Virus record (IMG/VR): IMGVR_UViG_3300005573_000657
Coordinates: 1-43,035 of that record
DNA: 43,035 bases
Direction: 5' to 3' (one strand)
DNA from: a virus
Taxonomy: Duplodnaviria > Caudoviricetes
In this document: piece after piece, positions 1-10,200 of the stretch
How the letters are laid out: every line of letters starts with the position of its first letter
Position numbering within the stretch: position 1 is the stretch's first letter
The notes under the pieces: generated by a model
Seen by the model: only the letters and a program-made list of their open reading frames with translations
What the model was told of the DNA's origin: nothing
Database searches by the model: none
Made by a program: the position numbers and the translations under genes

Positions 1-1
1 T

Positions 2-148
2 AATAAAATCAACAACTTAAGGCATGACAAGTAGTATCAGAAAAACTAGGTTTTTCAGAAATCCTTGGTTGTCAAAAGATTACAGCCCTTCTAAGGGGCT
101 AACGTAGTGGGAAGCTAGGGTTGCCTAGGGTAGGGGTAGAAAACCCAA
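2..148 (+). repeat. Left copy of window-terminal inverted repeat (~147 bp)
   Basis: Reverse complement of 42888-43034 matches 2-148 with 3 mismatches (positions 46, 108, 112). Confidence 0.97.
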
Positions 149-204
149 CAGAGAGCATTCTGGTGCGTTCTTGGGGTATTCTGGGGGGTAGGATTCCCCT
201 CACT

Positions 205-235
205 AAAAAAAAGGGAGAACAATGAAGCTCTCCCT
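205..235 (-). terminator. Intrinsic terminator ending the left accessory operon
   Basis: Minus strand AGGGAGAG...TTCTCCCT stem followed by a T run, just downstream of ORF 249-383. Confidence 0.7.
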
Positions 236-248
236 GTGTGGCAGCTAG

Positions 249-383
249 TTATGCCTTGGCGTGGTCAATTACTTCTTTGGCGACCTCGCCAATAACTGCT
301 ACCACGATGCCAACTGCAAAGGCAGTCCCAATCCCGAGGATTGCCACTCCTAGTGTACCGATTGCTGCTGCTTTGAGAAACAT
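249..383 (-). CDS. Small hydrophobic membrane protein (44 aa, MFLKAAAIGTLGVAILGIGTAFAVGIVVAVIGEVAKEVIDHAKA); not in the supplied ORF track
   Basis: Hand translation; AAGGAG SD; TAATG overlap with the upstream stop; terminator follows. Confidence 0.75.
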   Translation of the reverse strand: MFLKAAAIGTLGVAILGIGTAFAVGIVVAVIGEVAKEVIDHAKA

Positions 384-1165
384 TACGCTTCTCCTTCTCT
401 TTTTTCCTGCTCAAGGGGAACAGCACCCAAATCAGCCTTTGTGAACTTTGCCTTAAAACTCGCAGCTTGTTCATGAAGGATTCTTACAAAGGCTTTGTCT
501 GCAAAGAGATACTCGTTGTCAAAGACAGGTTCTAGCTTCAACATAAGATCCCTGAGTGCAGTTGCGGCTTTTGGCCGAACCACATCAGGTAATTCTTGAA
601 TCATGTGCTCATGCCTAACACCAGACCACTCAATCAGCAACCGATAGATTGAGTCACGAAGGTCTTCTCGGTCCAACTCAGAAGGTGTTGTGGTGTTTGC
701 CAAGTACCACAAGTGCTGCCAGTGGCCTTCAGGATTGTTTTTCCACTTAGCCCTTTCTTCGAGATCATTTTTCAATCTCGTAACTACTGCAAGGGAATCC
801 TTCTCGCTTATCTTTAAGGCTATGCTGATAACTGAGACGAATTTTTTGGAAAACTCCTCGTAGACTTCTCCTCGAGCTTCTTCGGCATGTTCCAACATGG
901 AGTGCATCATGCGAAACCCCGAAATGCTCTCGAAGAAGCATGTCGTGTCTTCTGACATCTCCTGGCTTGTTGAGATTATTTCAGATAAAATTTCCTTCCT
1001 GGATTCTGATACATATGAAATAAACTCTTGGAGCATTTCGTCGATTTGCACATGAACGGCCCCAGAGAGCAAGGAGACTTTCTCATTGTCCCCTTTACGG
1101 AGCAGCATACCCACATTCATGAGCAGCCTTACCGTTTTTGAAAACATTAAAGTAGTTTCTTCCAT
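383..1165 (-). CDS. Hypothetical acidic helical protein (~260 aa; ATG 1165 abuts the upstream stop, ORF open to 1195)
   Basis: Long ORF tightly packed in the operon; no recognisable motif. Confidence 0.75.
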   Translation of the reverse strand: MEETTLMFSKTVRLLMNVGMLLRKGDNEKVSLLSGAVHVQIDEMLQEFISYVSESRKEILSEIISTSQEMSEDTTCFFESISGFRMMHSMLEHAEEARGEVYEEFSKKFVSVISIALKISEKDSLAVVTRLKNDLEERAKWKNNPEGHWQHLWYLANTTTPSELDREDLRDSIYRLLIEWSGVRHEHMIQELPDVVRPKAATALRDLMLKLEPVFDNEYLFADKAFVRILHEQAASFKAKFTKADLGAVPLEQEKREGEA

Positions 1166-1166
1166 G

Positions 1167-1595
1167 CTATGATCTGCTACAGAGAGCAGCTCCAATATCG
1201 AGATTTCCTACAACCTTGTTATAATACCTATCTTCGGCTGCATGAAATACTCCGCGTTGAAAATTACCAAGGCCCACGTTGTAGGCTTTGACCGCCTGGA
1301 CTTTTGATCCAAGAATGTGGTAATACTCATTGAGTATCTGAACTCCTAACTCAATGTTTTTCTTGGGGTCAAACGGAGCATTCAGAACTTGCATAAGTCC
1401 TTTTGCTGCTCCGTTCTGCGCCCACTTGTTTCCACTAGATTCTACAAGTATGATTGCGGCTGCAACTTTACAAGAAGGCCATTCATACTTCTGAGTCTCT
1501 GCTTTTGCCAGACTGACCCAGAACGGCTGCGCTAAGGCCGTAGAACATAGCAGAGAGAGGAAGGCCGCCACTATAAGGCGGCTAGTTTTACCCAT
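1167..1595 (-). CDS. Lytic transglycosylase (SLT domain) with signal peptide
   Basis: SLT motifs AIILVESS (catalytic Glu), GLMQV, NIELG, AYNVG; N-terminal hydrophobic segment ending ALA. Confidence 0.9.
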   Translation of the reverse strand: MGKTSRLIVAAFLSLLCSTALAQPFWVSLAKAETQKYEWPSCKVAAAIILVESSGNKWAQNGAAKGLMQVLNAPFDPKKNIELGVQILNEYYHILGSKVQAVKAYNVGLGNFQRGVFHAAEDRYYNKVVGNLDIGAALCSRS

Positions 1596-1863
1596 CCTTA
1601 CGGCGCAGGGAAACTACACCTGGGCCAAAAGTTTTGGGTCCTTCTGCTTTGAGCAGTTGATCTGCCCATTGTTCGGCCATAGCATGAATGGCTTGAGTTA
1701 CCCCTGAAGTGAAAGGGTAGCGATACGCAAATCGGACGGGAGCATCTGATATCCCTTTCCCTTCCATGACTTTCTTGATAATTCCCACGTGAAGTGGGTT
1801 CTTGGGATCAAACGTGACGGTGGGGCGTCGCGCCTGATCCAGTATTGCCGATTGACCTGACAT
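1588..1863 (-). CDS. Hypothetical protein (91 aa)
   Basis: GGAGA SD, TGGTATAAG motif upstream, 8-nt overlap with the SLT gene. Confidence 0.75.
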   Translation of the reverse strand: MSGQSAILDQARRPTVTFDPKNPLHVGIIKKVMEGKGISDAPVRFAYRYPFTSGVTQAIHAMAEQWADQLLKAEGPKTFGPGVVSLRRKDG

Positions 1864-1902
1864 GTTATTCTCCTATAGAGGGAAAGATGTTTTCCCAAGT
1901 TA

Positions 1903-1911
1903 CTTATACCA
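1903..1911 (-). promoter_or_regulatory. TGGTATAAG promoter-like motif (copy 1 of 9)
   Basis: Conserved extended -10-like motif upstream of accessory operons. Confidence 0.7.
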
Positions 1912-1913
1912 AA

Positions 1914-2084
1914 CTAAACGTAGAAACCAGAGGAATAATAAAAATGCTCTTCCTTTACATACTCTACAAGAGCTTCAGAGATCTGTGAAAGATATGCTTT
2001 ATCATCTGGGTCATCAAGCTCTGTTCTTTCAAGACAGGCCAGCTCTGGAGCCAAGTGTTGTACTGTAATGTTAATCTCAATCAT
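1914..2084 (-). CDS. Small acidic hypothetical protein (56 aa, MIEINITVQHLAPELAC...); not in the ORF track
   Basis: Hand translation; GGAG SD; overlaps the helicase stop; fills the gap. Confidence 0.6.
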   Translation of the reverse strand: MIEINITVQHLAPELACLERTELDDPDDKAYLSQISEALVEYVKEEHFYYSSGFYV

Positions 2085-3801
2085 TTTTTTTGACTCCTGG
2101 TCCGAGGCAGCTTGCTAGCATAAACTCTCGGATATCTTCTTTGTTTTGTAAGATTTCCCAAACTCTTCTCTCACCTCTTGAATCAGTTAACAGGAAGTAG
2201 TAGTCGCAAGGATATTTCTGTCCAATGCGGTGAATCCGATCCTGTTGCTGAATAAGAACTTCGTAAGAAAAGTTGAGTGACATAAAAATTTCTAAATGGA
2301 CATTGGGATCAAAAGAAGGTAATATACCGTCCTCAGAAGGTTCTGAGCCAAGAACTGTAACGCCATAATTCAAGACTCTTGCTTGAGCAACTAACCAACG
2401 TTTCTCCGGGTCATTATTAAAATCTTCAACTGCTTGACCTGGGTCCTTTGTTTTGCCGTCTACGACAACATAAGGATCTTTTAGTGCTGCAAGAATAATA
2501 GGGAGTTCTGCTCTGTAATTAAACCAAATAATCCCTCTTTGGTTTCCTAGTTCCATTGCTAACTTTGTGAGGGCGTTAGCTTTGGGGGATTCACCTAAGT
2601 AGACTATTTCCGTTTTACTAGGCTTCTTCTTTTCTTTAGGTTCTTGAGAAAGAAAAAGCTCTTCTAATCCTATATCAAGTTCATCATCTAGTTGAGGCTC
2701 ATAGTAAAAAGAATTCTCAACTTGAAGTAGTTTACCGATTGCAGTTAATTGATTTTTGACGATTACGGGAGGTCTGTCTCCAAATTGGAATCTTCTATTT
2801 TCAACAATTTGGTTAACTAAGTCTTCTTGAATTGGAGAGGGGGGAATGAATAGAGGGTAGAAATTTTTTGGTGGTAGGGATGAAAGATATTCTTCCTTTC
2901 TCATTATGATTGAACAAAGTCTGAGAATATTTCTCAGCTCTTCAGCTGCTGTTTCTTTTACGGAAATAGGATAACGAATGTTATTTTGATTGGGTCGAGA
3001 AAGAATAAAGTATTCTCTATCAAAATTAGTTTTGCTATTGCCAAATAAAGAAGGTTCTAGAAATCTTACAGGGGCAAAAACTTCTGAGGGATCGTTATTA
3101 ATCAACGTTCCAGATAATAGAGCTCGATATTTAAGACTCTCAGTTTTGCTAAGTTGAGTCAGTGCGTGAGTACGTTGAGAAGAAGGATTTTTGATTAGAG
3201 ATTCATCAACGATTAATGCATCAGGTTGCCAGTGCGAAAGGAAGCCTGCACCATCAGTAGCAATCCTATATGAACAGATTAAAAAGTTTGCATTGACCTT
3301 TTCGGCTTCTTCTAATTCCGTTGTTAAGATCGTTGTGTTAATGACGTATGGTCGGAATTCTTTGCGATGTTTAGCTATCTCTTGTACCCAAACCCTTTTG
3401 AGAGGACTTGGACAGACACACACAACTCTCTTAGCACCCTTCATCCATAACCAGTCTAAGGCTACTTTAGTTTTACCAAGACCTGGATCTAAAAGAAATG
3501 CAATGTTATCCCTATAAGCTGCTGTAGATAAAGCTAGTTCTTGAAAGGGGAGAGGGGGAGTTTGAAATACAAAACCCTCAGGGATTCCCGTAGGATGCGT
3601 GGAAAAGATGAAACGTTTTACTTCTGGATCAAATGTAAACTTAAGGTTTTTGTTTACTAAACGTTTAACTAAATTTAATCCAATCTGAGGAATAGCTGGA
3701 CATTTGTTTTCATAAAAGCCAGGAAATTCTCTAAGAAATTTAATGTCATCAAGAGTTTTTGGAGTTATGTGAATGTGAGTCTTGTCGATTGATAAGTGCA
3801 T
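2077..3801 (-). CDS. SNF2-family (SF2) DNA helicase/ATPase
   Basis: Walker A DPGLGKT, motif II VDES, motif III SGT, motif VI QQQDRIHRIGQ. Confidence 0.9.
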   Translation of the reverse strand: MHLSIDKTHIHITPKTLDDIKFLREFPGFYENKCPAIPQIGLNLVKRLVNKNLKFTFDPEVKRFIFSTHPTGIPEGFVFQTPPLPFQELALSTAAYRDNIAFLLDPGLGKTKVALDWLWMKGAKRVVCVCPSPLKRVWVQEIAKHRKEFRPYVINTTILTTELEEAEKVNANFLICSYRIATDGAGFLSHWQPDALIVDESLIKNPSSQRTHALTQLSKTESLKYRALLSGTLINNDPSEVFAPVRFLEPSLFGNSKTNFDREYFILSRPNQNNIRYPISVKETAAEELRNILRLCSIIMRKEEYLSSLPPKNFYPLFIPPSPIQEDLVNQIVENRRFQFGDRPPVIVKNQLTAIGKLLQVENSFYYEPQLDDELDIGLEELFLSQEPKEKKKPSKTEIVYLGESPKANALTKLAMELGNQRGIIWFNYRAELPIILAALKDPYVVVDGKTKDPGQAVEDFNNDPEKRWLVAQARVLNYGVTVLGSEPSEDGILPSFDPNVHLEIFMSLNFSYEVLIQQQDRIHRIGQKYPCDYYFLLTDSRGERRVWEILQNKEDIREFMLASCLGPGVKKND

Positions 3802-4126
3802 GGTCTTCTAAAACCAAGTACGCTAAAGCAAAATCAGGGTCAATACTATCCCAGACTTTTTTAGCTTCCTGGTAGTTTTTTGTTGTTAGAATAACGAGAT
3901 CTTCTTGGAATTGCTTTGCAGTATTTCTTGGAATTTGATTCCAGAAACCAGAAGGTTTCTTTGTAAAGTCAGGATTAACCAATAGGACTGTATTCTCAGG
4001 AAGGGTCATAACTGTGTTATATACCCAGTCCTCAAAGGAAATACCTTGAACTTTATCTAATGAATTAAGTAGAGGCTTTGGTGGCCTCCATTTAAATTTA
4101 AAGAGTTTGTAAAGAAATGCAAACAT
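3749..4126 (-). CDS. Hypothetical protein (125 aa)
   Basis: ORF in the operon, overlapping both neighbours. Confidence 0.65.
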   Translation of the reverse strand: MFAFLYKLFKFKWRPPKPLLNSLDKVQGISFEDWVYNTVMTLPENTVLLVNPDFTKKPSGFWNQIPRNTAKQFQEDLVILTTKNYQEAKKVWDSIDPDFALAYLVLEDHALINRQDSHSHNSKNS

Positions 4127-4427
4127 TATAGAGTTCTCTTAAATGAATTAAGCCTTGTTTGGGGTTGTCGTTAGGAAGGTTATTTGCTATACCAATTGTG
4201 GCATCAATCATTGGCTGTAGAACGGTCTGTGAAACTACCTTTCTCTTTTGAAGATGAAGAGCTGTTTGATCTACAATATCTTTGATTTCAGTTAAAAAAG
4301 AAGGAGTAACCAAAGGATGTTCATGCAGAAACTGATACATTGAGATCAGAGCTGCACTCGGTTCTTTAGAGCCTTCTTTGAAGAATTCCTTAACAAAAGG
4401 ATTTGCTAGAGTGAAGTTATAGTCCAT
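4098..4427 (-). CDS. Hypothetical protein (109 aa)
   Basis: ORF in the operon. Confidence 0.65.
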   Translation of the reverse strand: MDYNFTLANPFVKEFFKEGSKEPSAALISMYQFLHEHPLVTPSFLTEIKDIVDQTALHLQKRKVVSQTVLQPMIDATIGIANNLPNDNPKQGLIHLRELYNVCISLQTL

Positions 4428-4659
4428 AGAGTACTACTTTAGCAGATGTACTCTGTTTTGTCTATCTTCACTTCTTACCTGCATCATACCCTAAAGAAAG
4501 GGCAAGACCAAACAGCGACAAAAGAGCTGCAGAAATCTGCACTACTGAAGAAAATGATGAGGGTTTGATTTCGGGGACTTTATTCATGGGAGTTCCATTT
4601 AGGTAAGAAAAAACTATAGAAGGGGAAGAAGGTGATACTAACTTCCCCCAAGAAGCTGT

Positions 4660-4866
4660 TTACATCTCAATGGCCGGTACTTTGACCGTTGGCTGATTGA
4701 CTAAGGATTTGCGACGAGCTGCAGATCCGAGTTGGTACCCGCCGTAAATGCCGACGCCTGCGAGTGCTACCCCGCCTGCGACTATCTTGGCAATATTACA
4801 CCACGAGCATTCTGCTTCTTGGTGTTGTTGTTCTTCTGTTGGAGTGTTTTCTTCTGGGATTGCCAT
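4660..4866 (-). CDS. Small single-TM protein, paralog of 5025-5207
   Basis: ECSWCNIAKIVAGGVALAG..GY shared with the neighbour; own promoter motif and downstream hairpin. Confidence 0.8.
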   Translation of the reverse strand: MAIPEENTPTEEQQHQEAECSWCNIAKIVAGGVALAGVGIYGGYQLGSAARRKSLVNQPTVKVPAIEM

Positions 4867-4929
4867 TGGTGTTCCAAAAGTGAGGGGTTGAAAGAAGAGG
4901 GGAGATGCAGAAAAGTTCTCTGCACAGTA

Positions 4930-4938
4930 CTTATACCA
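4930..4938 (-). promoter_or_regulatory. TGGTATAAG promoter-like motif
   Basis: Exact motif upstream of 4660-4866. Confidence 0.7.
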
Positions 4939-4985
4939 AAAAATTAGGCTTATTGCTAAATCACATTTTCCATAGTTTCCTTTCA

Positions 4986-5019
4986 GAAAAAACCAGACTG
5001 TGTTAGCTCTGGTTTTTTC
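4986..5019. terminator. 12-bp inverted repeat, terminator after 5025-5207
   Basis: GAAAAAACCAGA...TCTGGTTTTTTC. Confidence 0.65.
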
Positions 5020-5024
5020 CGCAT

Positions 5025-5207
5025 TTACATGCGAGCGCCGAAGATCATGTCTTCTGCTTTTTGTTCACGTTGGCCCATGTAGTAGCCAATACTTCCGGCT
5101 GCTCCGGCAATCGCTACCCCGCCAGCTACCAGCTTGACGATGTTGCACCACGAGCATTCTTCTTCCTGCTTGGAATCTTTCTTGACTTCTTGGTTGGCAG
5201 TAGCCAT
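5025..5207 (-). CDS. Small single-TM protein, paralog of 4660-4866
   Basis: ECSWCNIVKLVAGGVAIAG..GY; AAGGAG SD. Confidence 0.8.
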   Translation of the reverse strand: MATANQEVKKDSKQEEECSWCNIVKLVAGGVAIAGAAGSIGYYMGQREQKAEDMIFGARM

Positions 5208-5276
5208 CTGAAACTCCTTACCCCTGTTAGGGTTTGTTTGGGTGAGTGAAGTGAGCGTATTCCTATGCTCAAAATA

Positions 5277-5285
5277 CTTATACCA
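5277..5285 (-). promoter_or_regulatory. TGGTATAAG promoter-like motif, back-to-back with TAAAAT at 5316
   Basis: Exact motif. Confidence 0.7.
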
Positions 5286-5315
5286 AACGCTATTGTCAAT
5301 TTAGACTTTTTACCC

Positions 5316-5321
5316 TAAAAT
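5316..5321 (+). promoter_or_regulatory. TAAAAT late-promoter-like motif, 6 nt before the ATG
   Basis: Same motif and spacing recur before several structural genes. Confidence 0.6.
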
Positions 5322-5327
5322 ACCATC

Positions 5328-7082
5328 ATGGACATGAATTACGCCAACAACCCCTACAATATCTTCCCCTGGGGGATGCAAAACCAATATCCGAACCCAT
5401 GGTTCAATGTTGCAAACCAATATACTCCTCGAAATCTACAAGACCTGATTAGATGGGTTAAGTATATTACTCTTCAATCACCTACTGTTACTGAGGTTAT
5501 TCGTAAGTTTTCTACTTATCCTATTACAGACTTAATTATTGACACGAAGTCTGAGAAGACAAAGGGAAATTATGAAGAGTTGTTCCGTTCCCTGAAAATG
5601 AAAGAGGTTCTTCAGAACATCGGATTTCAGTACTGGACCCTAGGGAATGTCTTTGTATCTCTGTACTTCCCGATCAATCGTTCTCTTAAGTGTAACTCTT
5701 GTGGATCTCTTTATCCTGCTAAGAATGCTAAGTGGGCTCGTTTTGCTAAATTCAAGTTCATGGGAACTTGCCCTAAGTGCGGCAATCAGGGAGATCTAGA
5801 GATTCTAGATTCCAAATCCTATAGCATTGAAGATCTCAACGTTATCATCTGGGACCCGGCAGATATCTCTACAGAGCATAACCCTTTGACTGGAGAAACA
5901 AATTACTACTACTCCATTCCTAAGCACATTCGAACAGAAATTATTCGAGGAAACAGATTATTCGTAGATACAATTCCTCTTCAGGTTATTGAAGCAGTTA
6001 GAAAGAACGAGGATTTTAAATTCGACAGAAGAAACTTCTTCCACATGAGAAATATCTCTACTGGAGGCTCTGTGGATGGTGTTGCTATTCCTCCGTTTCT
6101 TTCCTTGTTCTCCTTAGTCTTTTATCAAGCTACATTGCGTAGAGCTAATGAGGCAGTGGCTATGGAGTATATTGCTCCGATGCGAATTGTCTCTCCGACA
6201 GCTAATGGATCAACTGATCCTGTCATGGCTTCGAGTATGCGTAAGTTTAAGGAGGAGATTGAAAAAGCCTTTAAACGTCACAAGCAAGATCCTAACTATG
6301 TCATGGTTTCCCCTTTACCGCTGCAGTATCAGCTTGCTGGTGGAGAGGGTAAGACTCTGTTGGTTTCTCAGGAACTTGATCAAACTGAACAACAACTTCT
6401 GCTTTCCCTTGGAGTCTCCCAAGAACTCTTGAGCGGAACGACTAACTGGACTTCAAGTCACGTTGGGCTACGTTTACTAGAAAACACCCTTAGCCACTAT
6501 ACAACTCGTCTTAATGAAATGATTGAGTGGATTATGACTAAGGTTACAACTTACATGTCTTATGAAACTGTTGATGTTGAGCTGACCCCGGTTAAATTGC
6601 TTGATGATGACTCCTTCCGCCAGACAGTGGCTGAACTATTTAGTAACCAACAAGTTTCCAAGCAGACTCTATATGAAACTCTTGGTCTGGATCTGAATAA
6701 AGAAATCGAACGGCAAGTCAAGGAAGCAGGTATGGAATCTTCTATGCAAGTCAGAGCTCAGATTGAAAGTGAAGTGGCTCAGTATTTGGCTTCAAGAAAA
6801 GCCTACAGTGAAGTTTCAGGGACAGAGGAGTATCAAGCAGCTATTAAAAAAGCATCTGCGTATGTTCAACAACTGCAGGAAATTTCTCCTCTAGAGCAGC
6901 AGCAGATGCTGCTACAATTAAAAGCTGAAGATTTCTCTATGTGGTTACTGGTTCAAAATCTTAAGAGCAAACAACAACCTCAGGAACCACAAGAGGAAGA
7001 ACAACAACCACAAGAACAGCAAGAACAGGAACCCACAGATGGCAATGACACCGGAAATAGTACCAGCAGCGCGCAAACCTGA
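5328..7082 (+). CDS. Putative portal protein with inserted Zn ribbon and Q/E-rich tail
   Basis: 584 aa, first gene of the virion block; CNSC...CPKC insertion; portal-like size and layout (inferred from resemblance to large-myovirus portals). Confidence 0.6.
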   Translation: MDMNYANNPYNIFPWGMQNQYPNPWFNVANQYTPRNLQDLIRWVKYITLQSPTVTEVIRKFSTYPITDLIIDTKSEKTKGNYEELFRSLKMKEVLQNIGFQYWTLGNVFVSLYFPINRSLKCNSCGSLYPAKNAKWARFAKFKFMGTCPKCGNQGDLEILDSKSYSIEDLNVIIWDPADISTEHNPLTGETNYYYSIPKHIRTEIIRGNRLFVDTIPLQVIEAVRKNEDFKFDRRNFFHMRNISTGGSVDGVAIPPFLSLFSLVFYQATLRRANEAVAMEYIAPMRIVSPTANGSTDPVMASSMRKFKEEIEKAFKRHKQDPNYVMVSPLPLQYQLAGGEGKTLLVSQELDQTEQQLLLSLGVSQELLSGTTNWTSSHVGLRLLENTLSHYTTRLNEMIEWIMTKVTTYMSYETVDVELTPVKLLDDDSFRQTVAELFSNQQVSKQTLYETLGLDLNKEIERQVKEAGMESSMQVRAQIESEVAQYLASRKAYSEVSGTEEYQAAIKKASAYVQQLQEISPLEQQQMLLQLKAEDFSMWLLVQNLKSKQQPQEPQEEEQQPQEQQEQEPTDGNDTGNSTSSAQT

Positions 7083-7284
7083 GGCAACAGGCCAGTTTTC
7101 TGGCTACAGGGTAAAATACCTAAAAGTTGACTTTGACGACCCAGTATCAGTTGGAGAATTAGCAGAGATTGAAACTCGTGCTTTACAAGAGGACGACAAG
7201 ATCATTGTCCTTAATTATGAGAAATTTTCCTTTCAAACTGCTTACTTTATGATCGTCAAATACCTAGAACATGACTCTATCTAA
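7039..7284 (+). CDS. Small hypothetical protein coupled to the RNAP genes
   Basis: Overlaps both the portal end and the RNAP start. Confidence 0.7.
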   Translation: MAMTPEIVPAARKPEATGQFSGYRVKYLKVDFDDPVSVGELAEIETRALQEDDKIIVLNYEKFSFQTAYFMIVKYLEHDSI

Positions 7285-10200
7285 GATTTTCACTTCACCG
7301 GAAAATATTCGAGCTGGCGTTGACCGTGAGCTCGTTTCTGCTTTGGGGAAATCCTTTCCAATCAAAAATAAGGAATATATCCTTGAAGCTTCGGACATTG
7401 TTGCGCACCCTAAAAACTTCACGACTGATGACGAGAAGCGTGCGTACATGGAGTCAAAATCTCTAACTTATCCCATTACTGGAACCCTGACTATTAGGTC
7501 TGCGGTGACGGGAAAGGTGTTAGATACTGCTACAAACTTTCCCTTGATGGATGCATTTCACATCACAGGGAAACATACTTTGGTTTATAAGGGTAACAAC
7601 TATGTTGCAGCAAACCTGCTCAAGTTGAAGCCTGGAGTGTTCATCAGAACATCTGATGCTGATGGTCACTTGGAAGCTCACTTTAACACTAAGAAGGGTG
7701 CCAACTTTAAAATTGTCCTTTCTCCTCAGACTGGGGTATTCAGTATGGAAACTAGTGGTGGTGCTTTAATTCCGCTAGCTCCTCTCCTGACGCATGTCTT
7801 TGGAGTTACGTCTGCTCACGCTGAGAAATTCATTCCCGCTTCTATCTGGGATGAGAATCTTAAAGCTGCTCAAGGTAAGGAAGATAAGGCATTAGACAGA
7901 TTCTACAATCGTCTTGTCTATGATAAAGATCCTAAAGCGACAATGGCTCAGAAGTCGTTAGCGCTACATGAGGCTTTGACTAAAGGCACTTTGGATGAAA
8001 ACACTACTGCGGCAACCTTAGGAAAACCCCTATCTGGTGTTAATGAGGAAACTCTTCTGTTGACCTTGAGAAAAATGGTTCAAGTTTACAAAGGTGAAAT
8101 ACCTGAAGATAACCGAGATTCTCTGCAGTTTAAGAGAGTGAGTAATCTTCCTGATTTCATTAAAGAACGGTTTGAAAAGAACCATGATTCAGTTAAAGCT
8201 GTGAAGAAGCGTTTGCGCTTTGCTCTGGAACGTATTCATCCTGAAAATCCTAAGATTAGAGATACAATTGCTCCTAAGCCTTTTAACAAGATCTTCACAA
8301 GTTATATCCAAGACTCTTCCCTTATTTCAACCCCATCAGAAACTAACCCACTTGAAAGCTTAGAAAATGTTGGAAAAGTTACGGTGCTCGGGCCTGAAGA
8401 AGGCGGTATTGGAGACGAGAGGGCTGTACCCCTTGCTGCTCGAAATATTGATCTGTCTCACATTGGTATTCTTGACCCTAGTCGCACTCCTGAGTCTGGT
8501 CATGCTGGAATTGACTTACGCTTTACGGTGGCTGCTCAGAGAGATCCAGAGGGCAATCTATACACTGAGGTGGAAGACAAGGCTGGTAAGAAACAAGTAG
8601 TTGGCGTTGAGAAACTAATGAACTCTGTTGTAGGGTTCAGAGGCTCTGAAAAGAATGGTTTCGTCCAAGCAAAAGCAAAGAACGAACTACGTTCAGTTCC
8701 TATTAAGGATGTGGATTACTGGATTTCAGATCCTTCAAATATGTACACGGTTACAACTAACCTTGTACCGTTCTTGAATTCAAATCACCCTGGTCGGTTG
8801 ACTATGGCTGGTAAAGCTCTACCTCAAGCTCTGTCGTTAGTTGAGAGAGAAGCCCCTCTTGTCCAAACTGTCAAGGGTAAAAATGACACCTTTACCAAGT
8901 TCTATGGTCGGTTACTGTCTACGAAATCTCCTGTTGATGGGACAGTGATTAAAGCAAATTCTGACGAAGTTAAAGTCAGAGCTGATAGCGATGGAACTAT
9001 CCATACAATTAAGGCTATTAAAGATCTGCCATTTAATCAAAAGGGGTTTTTTGATGATGAGAAGCCTCTGGTCGAAGTTGGTCAAAAGGTTTACACTGGT
9101 TCTGCACACGATCCAGAAAATACTCCTACACCTATTTTTGAAAACAATTACACAAGGAACGGCCATCTTGCTCTAGGGAAGAACTTAACTGTTGCTTATA
9201 TGCCTTGGCATGGTTACAACCATGAAGATGGTATCGTGATCCGTCAAGGGGCTGCTGAGGGAATGAGTAGCCATCATGCTTATAAGTATGAGTATGATAT
9301 TACGCCTGACACTATTTCCAAAAAAGTTTTGTTAAAGCGTTACTTTCCTTCAAAGTTCAGTCCGGCTCAGCTAGCTAAGTTAGATGATGATGGATATGTA
9401 AAAGAAGGGGAAACTCTCGAGGAAGGAGATCCTGTCTATGCTGTTCTTGAAAAAAGAATGCCTACCCCAGAAGAAAGACTTTTGGGTAAGCTGAATAAGC
9501 TTCTAGTAACACCTTACCGCCTTGTTACTGCTCCATGGGAACATATGGAACAGGGGAAGGTTGTAAGCGTTAGTACTAAATCTCCGACAGCCAAGGTACT
9601 GATTCGGAGTATTAAGCAATTAGAGATCGGTGATAAACTGACTGGTCAGCATGGAAATAAGGGAATTGTTTCACTTATAGTTCCCGATAAAGATATGCCT
9701 TATGACAAGGAAACAGGACATCCTGTAGACTTGCTACTCAATCCCGCCTCAGTGACGAGTCGGATCAACTTGGGTCAGATTCACGAAACAATTGCAGGCA
9801 AGATTGCGGATAAATTGGGGAAACCGTATCTTGTTAAAAATTTTGGAAATGAGAACAATATTCAACAAATTAAAAAAGACATGGCTGCTTCAGGGGTTAA
9901 GGATACTTCTGATCTTGTTGATCCTAAAACTGGCGCAAATTATAAAGGGGTCTTGACTGGAAAGCAGTACATTGTAAAGCTGTTCAAAACAACTGATCAA
10001 AACTACTCTGCTAGAAATGTAGGAGGCTATGATGCAAACATGCAACCTACTAAGGGAGGTACAGAAGGAGCGAAGGCAGAAGGCTATATGGAAGCATTGG
10101 CTTTGATTGGCTCAAATGCTAGAAAAAATCTTAAGGAAACTGCAACAGTTAAGTCTGAGCAAAACGACGAATACTGGAGTAAGTTTGCTAACGGAGAACC

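Noticed and set aside
238-474. Track ORFs 238-444 (+) and 265-474 (-)
   Set aside because: Shadow frames; 249-383 (-) has the SD, stop/start coupling and terminator.
5294-5299. TTGACA as the -35 for the 5277 motif
   Set aside because: Only 11 nt from TATAAG; the spacing is incompatible with sigma70.
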